This document shows, in pieces, positions 10,437-19,627 of a stretch of DNA of 64,000 bases. The number at the start of each line of letters is the position of its first letter. The stretch's first letter is position 1. This DNA comes from an uncultured Acidobacteriaceae bacterium. GTDB taxonomy: Bacteria; Acidobacteriota; Terriglobia; Terriglobales; Acidobacteriaceae. The notes beneath the pieces are model-generated. The model was not told the DNA's origin and did no database searches. It saw only the letters and a program-made list of their open reading frames with translations. The stretch spans positions 85,196-149,195 of the forward strand of contig CAWJAB010000054.1 of the NCBI GenBank assembly GCA_963840675.1, in the 5' to 3' direction. Both the position numbers and the translations under genes were made by a program.

Positions 10437-13193
10437 TCATTGATTGGGAACTACGTTCCAGCCGTCTACCTCCACCGTCGGCTTGCCCTGCCCGTTCGCC
10501 CAGCTCGGCGTGTCGCCCGATCTGCTTTCCAGCTGCAGGTCAGCCTTACGATAAGTTGCTGTTATCTCTCTTTTTTCGCCGGGCATCAGCGGGAAATAGT
10601 TGTCCTGCCAGATCACTGGAAGAATTTCCAGCTCGTTGTTCTCGGATTCAGGGTCAATGAAACGCGAGGGCTTCATTACCTTCAGATGAACCGCGAAAGC
10701 CAGTTCCTTGTCAGGATTCTCAATCGTGACCCGCGTAATGCCAACGTCGCCGTCGATCTCAGAATCGCTGGTGACGTTCAGCTTGACCTTGGGCAGAGTG
10801 TTGAGCGCTGTAAGGTCGGAAAAGGACTTTGTGGGCGTGGTGTACCAGGTCGACTTATCCCAGTCGAGGACGTCCGGCTTAGTCGAGAGCCAGTAGAAAT
10901 TCGAACTGATCTGCTTACCGGTTGCATCCTGCAACAACAGGTCCACAAAGTACGTCGTCGAGAGGCCGTCGATCTCAGGAATGGTAAAGATCTTCTGCAC
11001 GCCGTCGGCGGGAATATCGACGGTCGTCTCCTGAGAGTTCTTCACCGTCAGATCCAGGTTGTACACCTTGGCGGTTGCCTTCAGACCTTTGAAATCGGTG
11101 TAGTAGGAATTCACGATGGCGATCGAATGATCATCGTAGGAGTACTGAATGTGCAACGTCTCACAACCCTTCTTTGCCCCGAAATACCCGCCGCCGGGAC
11201 GCAGATAGTAATCGTACAAATGCCAGATGGTGGAGGGCCATGCATTGTTGAGCATCCATTGAATCACTCCGGTGGACGTGTACTTGTTGCGGCCAAACGC
11301 CTCGAACATAGCCCGTTCACCCTCGTAGGCCATTACCTGCGCCTTCATCGCATAATCCTCCACGTTGGCCGCTGGCCCGTAGCGGCGGCTCATCGCTTCG
11401 GTAAAGACATTGAGGTTCCTGAATGCGCTGCCGCCGGCGTGGTAATCCCAAAAGGAGTCCATCGGCCAAAGATGGTCGGGGGGCAGCATGCGAACCAGGC
11501 TGTCGACCGGAGGCACGGCCGGACCCGGGCTGGTTTCGGTGTTGAAGCCGTGCGCGCCGCCGTATTGCGTATCCAGCAGCCAGTAGGAGGGCGCAACGTA
11601 TTCGTAGGGCCCGGTCATCTTTACCCCGGTATCACCCGTCACCGTCGTCGGCTTGGCCATGGCGGACGATTCGTACGGGTTGGGCCAGTTCAGCTGCTTC
11701 AGAATGTCGACGTAGCGCTGCTCCACGTCGGGCGGAGGCGGACCATCACTTCCGTTCATCCAGTTGAAGACCGCCGGATGGCTCCTCAGGCGCCGTATCT
11801 GATCTTTCAGCGATTCCCCTGAGATCACGTGATCTTCGTCGTCCCATTTCTCCCACTGCTCCCAGTGGCTGCAGCAGGTCCAGCCCGCCATGATGAGGAT
11901 GCCCTGGTGGTCGGCGAGCTCAAGGAAGTGGTCGCTTACGATCTTGCCTTCCAACCGCACCGCGTTCAGGTTCATGTCTTTGACGTACTTTAGTTCTTGT
12001 TCTTCCCGGAGCGGCGACTCGCGAAGCAACATATCTGGCGTGTACCCGGCGCCGCGAATGAGAATTCTCTTTCCATTAATACTGAAGACCCGATGAGTCT
12101 CCGAGTAACCCTCGTCGTGGCCGCTGAACACCTGCGAAGGATGCGCGGGCTTCTCTACCTCACTGGTTATTTCCCGAATGCCAAAACTCGTTTCACTCTC
12201 GTCCGAATTGGAACCACCGACTTCGAACTGCAACTTTAACTTGTACAGATTCTGCGGTCCCACCTGGGTCGGCCACCATAGCCGAGGATTCGCCAGATTC
12301 AACTCAGCAAATTGATCGGGCGAAAAGATGACCACCTTTGTTTGCTTGCTGTCGAGAGTAACCGGTTGCGAAAATCGAATACCTTCGATCTGCCCGTGCA
12401 AGACTCCCTTCACCGCATGGTTGGTGGTGTTGCTTACCTCGGCGGTGACCGTCAGGCGGGCTTTGTCCACTGCCGGTAGATTCAGCTTGGTCATCACCTG
12501 CGGAAAGCGGACGGTCACCGCACCGCTGGTCGTGAGGTAAACGGGACGCCAAATGCCCAGATTCTTGTCCGGTGGAGTGGGGTTCCAGTCCACCCAACTG
12601 AGGCCAAGGTCTTCCGGCGTTTGCGGAAAGACCTCAACCGCGAGAGCATTCACGGTTCCCGGAACAACAAGATCGGTCACGTCGAATTCAAAGAGCCTCC
12701 AAGTGCCGGCCATCGTTTTCGAATCGGCAACCAGCCGTCCATTCAGCCACACGTTGGCGCGGAAATTAATGCCCTCGAAGTGCAGCTGGACGCTTTTGCC
12801 GCGATAGCCGGCCGGAACGGTGAACTGCGTTCGATACCACCACGACGAACGGAACGGACTTCCTGGCGGCATCGGAATAGAAGAAAAGGTTGTTCCGATG
12901 GTGTAAGTCGTTCCGGGAATCGATCGCAGGTTCATACTGAAGTAGGGGTCGGCATACACCCGCTCGGCTGCCAACGCCGCCACCACCGTGGATGGCATCG
13001 TGGCGCGGTACCACTGTTGCGGCTGATAGCCGGCTGTCGAGAGAACGCTTCCCTTCTCTGCAACATCCTGCGATGGCTGGATTCTCCATCCATCGGCAAG
13101 CACGAGCTTATCGGCCTGACCATGTAATGGGGTCACAAAGCTCAACAACGACAGAATAAGAATGGTCCAACTTGCGCGCTTTTCCAGGGTCAT
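10437..13193 (-). CDS. Glycoside hydrolase family 2, exo-beta-D-glucosaminidase (CsxA)/beta-mannosidase-like, secreted
   Basis: ATG 13193 (MTLEKRASWTILILSLLSFVTPLHGQ) gives a signal peptide. GH2 sugar-binding N-terminus (WWYRTQFTVP). The TIM-barrel motif LNAVRLEGK..GILIMAGWTCCSHWEQWEKW resembles the CsxA acid/base region. Confidence 0.8.
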   Translation of the reverse strand: MTLEKRASWTILILSLLSFVTPLHGQADKLVLADGWRIQPSQDVAEKGSVLSTAGYQPQQWYRATMPSTVVAALAAERVYADPYFSMNLRSIPGTTYTIGTTFSSIPMPPGSPFRSSWWYRTQFTVPAGYRGKSVQLHFEGINFRANVWLNGRLVADSKTMAGTWRLFEFDVTDLVVPGTVNALAVEVFPQTPEDLGLSWVDWNPTPPDKNLGIWRPVYLTTSGAVTVRFPQVMTKLNLPAVDKARLTVTAEVSNTTNHAVKGVLHGQIEGIRFSQPVTLDSKQTKVVIFSPDQFAELNLANPRLWWPTQVGPQNLYKLKLQFEVGGSNSDESETSFGIREITSEVEKPAHPSQVFSGHDEGYSETHRVFSINGKRILIRGAGYTPDMLLRESPLREEQELKYVKDMNLNAVRLEGKIVSDHFLELADHQGILIMAGWTCCSHWEQWEKWDDEDHVISGESLKDQIRRLRSHPAVFNWMNGSDGPPPPDVEQRYVDILKQLNWPNPYESSAMAKPTTVTGDTGVKMTGPYEYVAPSYWLLDTQYGGAHGFNTETSPGPAVPPVDSLVRMLPPDHLWPMDSFWDYHAGGSAFRNLNVFTEAMSRRYGPAANVEDYAMKAQVMAYEGERAMFEAFGRNKYTSTGVIQWMLNNAWPSTIWHLYDYYLRPGGGYFGAKKGCETLHIQYSYDDHSIAIVNSYYTDFKGLKATAKVYNLDLTVKNSQETTVDIPADGVQKIFTIPEIDGLSTTYFVDLLLQDATGKQISSNFYWLSTKPDVLDWDKSTWYTTPTKSFSDLTALNTLPKVKLNVTSDSEIDGDVGITRVTIENPDKELAFAVHLKVMKPSRFIDPESENNELEILPVIWQDNYFPLMPGEKREITATYRKADLQLESRSGDTPSWANGQGKPTVEVDGWNVVPNQ

Positions 13194-13339
13194 TTTCCGA
13201 TCCAATCTATTTTGAAGGGAGTGCGAAGGCGAGGATCGAATCGCCTCCAATCGGACTGTGCTGCAAGCGGGAGCTGGCAACACAGAGCTGCCGTCGCTAC
13301 CCACATCAGGCGATGTCCCAAAGAGTGTTCTCCTCGTAA

Positions 13340-15487
13340 CTACCGGGCAGGGGGATAGCTGTGCAGCAGCGGTCCCACGGTGTTTGAGTAGCGGAAATCT
13401 TCCAGGCGATCATCATCGATCGTCCAGAACATCGCACCGAGGAAGGCGGGATATCCATTCGGCTGCAGCAGCTTGTATTTCACCGGCGTGCTGGACTTGC
13501 CAGTGATCATGTAACTCATCGTCTCCGATACGATCTGGGGCGTGGTATCGCTATTCAGGTAGCCGATCGCGACCTTGCCGGCCGGCAGCGGGTCGAAGTG
13601 GTGCTTTGGATCGCGGCCCACATCGAAGCCGTGCAGCATCAACTCCGTCGCGGCTGCATGGTAAGCCACCGAGCCCGGCATGTAGAACTCGCCATCTAAT
13701 CCTTCGATCGGCGGGCAGTTGTAGTCCTGCGTATCCACAAAGGCCAGAATGTCGCGAATACCTTGAACGATGGGAATATACGAGCCGAATTGGCCACCGT
13801 AGCCCGGATAGGCCGCGGGAATCTGGGTTCCTTCCGGCACCAGGCTGAGCATGAAGTCTTTGCCGAAGTGGTCGTGAATCGCGCGCATTGCCGCGATCAG
13901 ATTGACGGTCGAGGGGGTCGTCGGATGCTTGAAGTCGGTATCACCCGGGTCGAGCTCGAGCGACGAGGTTTCAAAATCGATGTCGATGCCGTCGAAGCCG
14001 AACTCCGCGCAGATGTCCTCGACTGTGCGGATGAAGTTCTGTGTTCCCTCCTGGGTCATCAGCGCAAAGTGCTGGCCGCCTCCGCCCAGCGAGATCATAA
14101 CCTTCTTGCCCTGGCTCTGCTTCTGCTTGATGTCGGCCTTGAATTGCTCGGGTGTGATATCTCCCCGCACCTGGTAGTGCATGGTTCCTTCGGGAGCACC
14201 GGGGACGGGTGTGGCAAAGGCAACGATGATCACATCCCACTGCGGGGAGACATCGCGAATCGGTCCCAGGCCACTCCAGTATCCGATCAGCCAGTGCCCG
14301 TTTGGACCACCGGTGAGCGCAACCGGTGCGACGTTGGCCGGAGGGGTATCGGTCACCGCGCCAAATGGCCCGTGATGATTGCGCACCGGGCAAGGCTTCG
14401 CGGGCTCGCTCAGCACCTGCGCATCCGGGAAGCTATATGGGGCGGCCGAGCCGGCGTACCACGAGACCAAAGCCACGTTCTGCAGGTGATACTGTGTTCC
14501 TCCCACATTCGCAACGTACGCCTTCGACTCCGGAACCCGGTTCTTCCAGTTGATGTCTGTGGGGTCGTTCAGGAACAGGTCGATTGCCACCCCTGTTCCA
14601 CCACAGCTGCTGTTGTCTCTTGGCAACTCGGTCGAGCTCGGGGGCGGGACGCGCAGCCAGCTGGGAAAGATATTCCCCGGGGGAACCATGCCCCGGCGCA
14701 CCTGCAGCACTGGGTCGTGCAGTGGATCGCGGAAAAACTGGGCCAGCTGCTGGGTCAGCGGCTGCACATCGCTCTCCTCGACGGTGCCGGGATCGAGATA
14801 GGTTCCCAGAACGAACGGCTGGCGCGAACCCTGGCTCGTATCCACTCCATGCGTCCCCCACGAGCAGCACTCGGTCGCGTCGGCGCTGGTGTAGTAGGTG
14901 ACATTTCGGGTCATTGCGATCACCAGCTTGCCCAGGCCTATGTCTTCCTTCGGCAGTTGCTTGAAGATCTCCTGCTGCATGAACACGACATCCACCATGG
15001 CAAGCATCCGGCCGGTCTTCTTCGAGGTCAGCACATACCCTTTGCCCACCGGCACGTCGATCTTCAGCGCCACCACCTTCGGTTTACCCAGAAGCGTATG
15101 CCAATCCTTCGCCGCCTCTTTGGAGAAATCGGTCCGCATCATTGCGTCCGTGTACTGGGTCTTCCCCGATGGGAAGGCGTACTTTGCGAAGATCGGCGAA
15201 TGCATCACCCTGGCCACATCCGTGCTTGCATCCAACACTGCCTTTTTGCCGGCCGCGTCCATGGGCGCTTCGATGGTCAGCGTAATAGGCACCAGCACCG
15301 TCGGGATAGTTGTGGTGCCCCCTTTCGCGGGGTCGCCGCCGATCACGGTGTAGGAGTAGTCTTTTCCTGCGGCGTTATAGTTGCGGGTAAACGTGGGCAG
15401 GTAGATTGTTGCCGGGGCGCTATCCTGGGCAAAGGCTATCGATGGCGGCAGAAGAAAGAGCGCGATACACAGCGAACGAAGAGCCAA
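13340..15487 (-). CDS. Secreted two-domain protein: ~400-aa N-terminal domain of unknown function plus C-terminal GH18 chitinase-like domain
   Basis: GH18 catalytic signature FGFDGIDIDFE. Signal peptide LRSLCIALFLLPPSIAFAQ. TTG start 15487 with GGAGG 6 nt upstream. Confidence 0.8.
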   Translation of the reverse strand: MALRSLCIALFLLPPSIAFAQDSAPATIYLPTFTRNYNAAGKDYSYTVIGGDPAKGGTTTIPTVLVPITLTIEAPMDAAGKKAVLDASTDVARVMHSPIFAKYAFPSGKTQYTDAMMRTDFSKEAAKDWHTLLGKPKVVALKIDVPVGKGYVLTSKKTGRMLAMVDVVFMQQEIFKQLPKEDIGLGKLVIAMTRNVTYYTSADATECCSWGTHGVDTSQGSRQPFVLGTYLDPGTVEESDVQPLTQQLAQFFRDPLHDPVLQVRRGMVPPGNIFPSWLRVPPPSSTELPRDNSSCGGTGVAIDLFLNDPTDINWKNRVPESKAYVANVGGTQYHLQNVALVSWYAGSAAPYSFPDAQVLSEPAKPCPVRNHHGPFGAVTDTPPANVAPVALTGGPNGHWLIGYWSGLGPIRDVSPQWDVIIVAFATPVPGAPEGTMHYQVRGDITPEQFKADIKQKQSQGKKVMISLGGGGQHFALMTQEGTQNFIRTVEDICAEFGFDGIDIDFETSSLELDPGDTDFKHPTTPSTVNLIAAMRAIHDHFGKDFMLSLVPEGTQIPAAYPGYGGQFGSYIPIVQGIRDILAFVDTQDYNCPPIEGLDGEFYMPGSVAYHAAATELMLHGFDVGRDPKHHFDPLPAGKVAIGYLNSDTTPQIVSETMSYMITGKSSTPVKYKLLQPNGYPAFLGAMFWTIDDDRLEDFRYSNTVGPLLHSYPPAR

Positions 15488-15708
15488 GAACGACCTCCAA
15501 GAAGCCTGAACGTCTTACCCCCCCATTTAGCCACTGGAGATAAGTGTCAAAAAATACGCACTAAAGCACTAAGTTATCTTTAGTTACCTTTGCTGTTACA
15601 TTGAGATTACTGACTGGTGATGCTCTTGTTTGGAAAAAATGAATTCAGGGTCACACTTGTATAGATTCGGTTTTCCACCATTCTGCGCAGGAAAAACATA
15701 AAGAAACC

Positions 15709-16800
15709 ATGATCAGGCATATTGTTGCACCTATCTTTGCAATCGTCCTCATAAGCGGGATTGCTTTCGCTCAGACGGAGCCGACACCACCGCCGCCCTT
15801 GCCGCCACCGGCTTCGCGGACCTGCGAGAATGTGCCCCACGCCGACCATCCGCGCGCGCGCCTCACCCATGGGCGAATGGATGCCGTGGTGTTTCTCCCG
15901 GATGTGGAGAAGGGCTACTACCGTGGAGCACGCTTCGACTGGTCGGGTCTGGTGGCCTGTGTTTCGCTCAACGGGCATACTTTCTTCGGCGAGTGGTTCA
16001 ATCGTTATGATCCGCTGATCAATGATGCCGTGACCGGACCGGCCGAAGAGTTTCGCGAGCCGATCGGCTACGACAATGCGAAAACCGGGGATCCGTTTGT
16101 CAAGATTGGAGCCGGCGTGCTGAAGCGGATCGACGACCAGCCCTACACGATCGGCGGAGCGTATCCGATTCTGGACCACGGAAAGTGGACCGTAAAGGTT
16201 CATAAGGACTCGATCACTTTCCGCCACGAACTTCACTCCACCATCGGCTACGCCTACCTCTACGAGAAGACGCTCTCGCTGGATAAGAAGACGAATGGTT
16301 TGCAACTAACCCATAGCTTGAAGAACATTGGAACCAAGCCGCTCCATACTACCGTCTACGACCACGACTTCTACATACTGGATAACCTTCCGACGGGACC
16401 GGGCATGCAGGTTCATTTTCCCTTTGTTCCGGCGCCGGCCAAGCCGCTCCCCGAGTCAGTGCAGATCGATGGCACAACCCTGAAATGGGTGGCGCAGATG
16501 GAACCGCACCACGCTCCCAGCGGCGAGATGACGGGCTTTTCCGATAAAGCTTCCGACTTCGACTTCACTTTTGAAGATACCGCGCATGACCTCGGTGTCG
16601 AAGAGACTTCGGATTCGCCGATGGTGAAGCTGTTCTTCTGGTCGACCCCGAAGACAGTATGCCCGGAGGGCTTCATCGCCATTCATGTGGGCCCCGGCGA
16701 AACTCAGAAGTGGAGCATTCACTACCGTTTCTTCACCCATATTCGTCCGGAGACGAAACAGGCTGCGCAAAAAGCCTCAGACGAAGGGCACGGCTTTTAA
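15709..16800 (+). CDS. Secreted protein of unknown function (intact paralogue of 917..1991)
   Basis: Signal peptide MIRHIVAPIFAIVLISGIAFAQ. Shares RFDWSG, GYAYLYEK and NIGxxxxxxxVYDHxF with 917..1991. The last codons (..DEGHGF, stop) are supplied by repeat 16781..16807. Confidence 0.65.
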   Translation: MIRHIVAPIFAIVLISGIAFAQTEPTPPPPLPPPASRTCENVPHADHPRARLTHGRMDAVVFLPDVEKGYYRGARFDWSGLVACVSLNGHTFFGEWFNRYDPLINDAVTGPAEEFREPIGYDNAKTGDPFVKIGAGVLKRIDDQPYTIGGAYPILDHGKWTVKVHKDSITFRHELHSTIGYAYLYEKTLSLDKKTNGLQLTHSLKNIGTKPLHTTVYDHDFYILDNLPTGPGMQVHFPFVPAPAKPLPESVQIDGTTLKWVAQMEPHHAPSGEMTGFSDKASDFDFTFEDTAHDLGVEETSDSPMVKLFFWSTPKTVCPEGFIAIHVGPGETQKWSIHYRFFTHIRPETKQAAQKASDEGHGF

Positions 16801-16964
16801 CCGTGCCGCAGCGAGCCTCGGTCAGTGAGGGCTTTAGCCCCCGAGGTACGCTTTTCCGTGTTTGTACCTGCGCGGAACGACTGTGAAAAACCGTACCCCA
16901 GCGGCTAAAGCCGTCCATCGCGCAGTTTATGTGTTTATGGCACGGCTGAAGCCGTGCCCTTCGT
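16781..16964. repeat. Family-C hairpin repeat pair (GAAGGGCACGGCT..GCCGTGCC) flanking ~130 nt with further small hairpins
   Basis: ACGAAGGGCACGGCTTTTAACCGTGCC (16781-16807) and GGCACGGCTGAAGCCGTGCCCTTCGT (16939-16964) are mutually inverted. Each is itself a GGCACGG/CCGTGCC hairpin. Inner hairpins are GGGCTTTAGCCC and CGGCTAAAGCCG. The pair lies between convergent genes and probably also acts as a terminator. Confidence 0.75.
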
Positions 16965-17004
16965 CAAGCTTTCTCCCTTTGCAACCGCAGCGGAGCGGAC
17001 ACAA

Positions 17005-18063
17005 CTAGATAACCACGATGCTGATTGGCTTGGGAACTGACGCGCGCTTGACCGGGCCGGCGAGCACGCGGCCGGCTTCATCGATCTTCATCCCCAGGAC
17101 CGCATCGTGGCTCAAGGCCAATAAACTTCTGCCGTGCGGCATTACATGCAACCTGCTTACGTTAATGCCTTCTACTCCGGGCAATGCCTCCATCCCACCG
17201 TCGGGTGCAATCTTCCACACCCGCACACCATGGCCGTGCGCGGTATACAGTGTCTCGCCCGAAGGATGCATCGCCAGCCCGGCCACCTCACTCCCAAGGG
17301 AAATGGTTCGCACGTGATCCAGTGTGCCCCCGTCATAGCTGGACAGCGTCCCATTCAATGCGTTCGCCACGTAGAGCCGGTCGCCGTCGGGATGCAGCAC
17401 GATACTACTCGGCCCGGAGCCCGCAGGGACTTCCCGGCGCCCGGTTGCAGTAAGCTGGCCGTTGCTGAGCGAAAACACACTGAGCTTGTCGCTGCCCTCA
17501 TCCGCCGTCAACACACGACCCGCTGCGTCAAAGATCACGGCGGAAGGATGCGCCGCCGACTGCAACACGTGCGGACCCGAACCTGTTTCCTTGAAGATGC
17601 CCGACACCTTTCCCAGGCGCCCGTCCTCCTGGAGTAACAGCACGTTGTACGCGCCACCACCATGGACCGCGACCACAATGCTACGACCATCCGGGGCAAC
17701 TGCCAGGTCTCGCGGCAAGATAGCCGAGAGCGACAACGGCACGCGGTTTTTGAAGTCCAGCCGGCCGGTTGCAGCGTCGATTGCATAGGAATCCACGCTG
17801 CCGCGCGGCAAATTGCCGTACTCAGAGATGCCGTTGGCCACATATAAATGGCCACCGCTGATCGCCATCGCCACGGGATGGGCGCTGGCAATCGTCTGCT
17901 CGTAGATAAAATGCTGGTCTGCGGTGATTGAGTAGACGTGGATCCCGTCCGGTGCCCCGATATAGACAAACCTGGACTGGGGCGACGCCCAGCCAAACCG
18001 GGCTACGCCCAACAATGACGCACTCCCCACCACTTGCAGAAAGCGTCTGCGGTTCATCTCCAT
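17005..18063 (-). CDS. Tat-exported 7-bladed beta-propeller lactonase (Pgl/YbhE-like)
   Basis: Twin-arginine signal MEMNRRRFLQVVGSASLLGVARFGWA. Repeated blades (HPVAMAISGGHLYVAN, PRDLAVAPDGRSIVV, PSSIVLHPDGDRLYVAN, VAGLAMHPSGETLYT). Confidence 0.65.
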   Translation of the reverse strand: MEMNRRRFLQVVGSASLLGVARFGWASPQSRFVYIGAPDGIHVYSITADQHFIYEQTIASAHPVAMAISGGHLYVANGISEYGNLPRGSVDSYAIDAATGRLDFKNRVPLSLSAILPRDLAVAPDGRSIVVAVHGGGAYNVLLLQEDGRLGKVSGIFKETGSGPHVLQSAAHPSAVIFDAAGRVLTADEGSDKLSVFSLSNGQLTATGRREVPAGSGPSSIVLHPDGDRLYVANALNGTLSSYDGGTLDHVRTISLGSEVAGLAMHPSGETLYTAHGHGVRVWKIAPDGGMEALPGVEGINVSRLHVMPHGRSLLALSHDAVLGMKIDEAGRVLAGPVKRASVPKPISIVVI

Positions 18064-18069
18064 CTCTCC

Positions 18070-19539
18070 TCAGGCGCGAATCGACATCGCGTGATGGAAC
18101 ACGTTATTCGGATCATACTTCTTCTTCACCTGCTGCAGGAACTCGTAGTTCGGCCCGTAGTAAAGCCGCGGCCAGTACGCATACCCGATCATGTCCGCGT
18201 CGGGATAATTGATATAGCACCCCTCATAGCGGTCGCCCGGGAAAGGTGCGCTGGCGTACAGCTCCTGGTAGAACTCCCGTATCCATGCGATGTGTCCCTC
18301 GTCCTCCGCCGGGTTAGACCAGTAGGTCTGGAACTGCATCTTCATGACGCTCGATCGCTGGAAGGCCACGGTCTGGTCGAGCATCTCTTTGCGATTCATC
18401 GCGCCACCGTAAGAATCAACCTCCACGACGCTATGCGAAAGGTCGACCCCGGGAATGGCTCGCGTCAAATGCTTATAAAACACCTCGATCTCGCGCGCCG
18501 TATAGTTTTTCTTCATATACACGGACTTGTACTTGGCGCGTGTCGATCCGCGGCGCACGCCTCCCGCAGCTTGCGTGTCAGCCCAGGATACGCGCGTCAT
18601 CATATGCGGCCCAAACCCCTGAACGGCGGGCACAGGCGGAGAAGGCGATTCGGCCAGGGGTTTGCAGGCATCGAACAAGGCGAGAAACTGGTCGAGCACT
18701 TTTGTGTTCTTGCAGGTGCCGTCCGGATTGCAGAACTGCACCGAGATTCGCATATACCCTCTGGCCTGGTGATTGGCCTCGATGATGGAGAACAATCCCC
18801 AGGTCTCAGGATCCTGGCCGCGGGTAGCAAAGTAACCTCCGAAGGTGTCGAAGATCCGACCAAATTTCTCCTGGCTCATCTCCGCCCAGGGAAAGATCAT
18901 ATTCGCGGACATCACCTCCTGCGGTGCGGGGGGCAGATGGTCAAAGAGATAGTCGACGATCACGCCAAAATTTCCCCCACCGCCGCCGCGGCAGGCACGG
19001 AGCAAGTCGGCGTCCTGCTTCGCTGTACAGCTGCGAAGCGCAACCTTGCCCTTCGAATCCACGGTGAGAATGTCCACTCCGCTCACCCAGTCGGCTGTGG
19101 TCCCGTACAACCGGGAAACCAGCCCATAGCCACCGCCGGTGATATGCCCACCCGCGCCGACACTGGGACACGTGCCGCCGGGCAGGGTCACGTTGTAGAG
19201 CTTGTAGAGCTCCTGATAAGCCGGTCCCAACGTTGCACCCGCAGCCACGCGATAGCCCGGATCATGAGACCGGTCGCCAACCTGATTCATCATGGACATG
19301 TCAATGAGTGTGCCGTTGGGATTGTTGGCGTAGAAGTCTTCGTAGCAATGACCACCGGAACGGATGGTCGGCCGCTGCCCTGCGCTGACTACTCGCTGCA
19401 GTGCTTCTGCGGTGTCCTCAGCATTTAAACAGAGGGCTACACTGCTGACACCATCCGCGGGTTTCGCCGGCCAGCGGCCATTCCTTGGCCTCTTCAGGTT
19501 GTCGAAGCGCGGATCATCGCGAGTTACGAAAATCGCCAC
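18070..19539 (-). CDS. BBE-like FAD-linked oxidase (PCMH FAD-binding domain plus BBE C-terminal domain), residues for bicovalent FAD present
   Basis: IRSGGHCYEDF (His site) and, exactly 60 residues later, GGTCPSVGAGGHITGGGYG (Cys site). C-terminal YINYPD..YYGPNYEFLQQVKKKYDPNNVFHHAMSI. GTG start; no signal peptide visible. Confidence 0.8.
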   Translation of the reverse strand: MAIFVTRDDPRFDNLKRPRNGRWPAKPADGVSSVALCLNAEDTAEALQRVVSAGQRPTIRSGGHCYEDFYANNPNGTLIDMSMMNQVGDRSHDPGYRVAAGATLGPAYQELYKLYNVTLPGGTCPSVGAGGHITGGGYGLVSRLYGTTADWVSGVDILTVDSKGKVALRSCTAKQDADLLRACRGGGGGNFGVIVDYLFDHLPPAPQEVMSANMIFPWAEMSQEKFGRIFDTFGGYFATRGQDPETWGLFSIIEANHQARGYMRISVQFCNPDGTCKNTKVLDQFLALFDACKPLAESPSPPVPAVQGFGPHMMTRVSWADTQAAGGVRRGSTRAKYKSVYMKKNYTAREIEVFYKHLTRAIPGVDLSHSVVEVDSYGGAMNRKEMLDQTVAFQRSSVMKMQFQTYWSNPAEDEGHIAWIREFYQELYASAPFPGDRYEGCYINYPDADMIGYAYWPRLYYGPNYEFLQQVKKKYDPNNVFHHAMSIRA

Positions 19540-19578
19540 TGTGGTTGCTCACTTGAAGTTTACAGCTGCAAGCAGAGA

Positions 19579-19602
19579 GGGGATGCGATGGCTCGCATCC
19601 CC
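19579..19602 (-). terminator. Stem-loop between the TonB receptor and the BBE-like oxidase (possible attenuating terminator)
   Basis: GGGGATGCGA-TGGC-TCGCATCCCC, a 10-bp perfect stem 26 nt after the receptor stop. It is followed on the minus strand by TCTCTGCTT, which is only weakly U-rich. Confidence 0.4.
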
Positions 19603-19627
19603 CTGGTGGTTAGGGCCGCGTGTTGGA

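Noticed and set aside
13763-15583. 606-aa ORF on the plus strand
   Set aside because: It is antisense to the GH18 gene (DGIDIDFE motif on the minus strand), is low-complexity and Arg-rich, and has no ribosome-binding site. The same reasoning rejects 10440..11822 (antisense to GH2) and 18034..19428 (antisense to the BBE-like oxidase).
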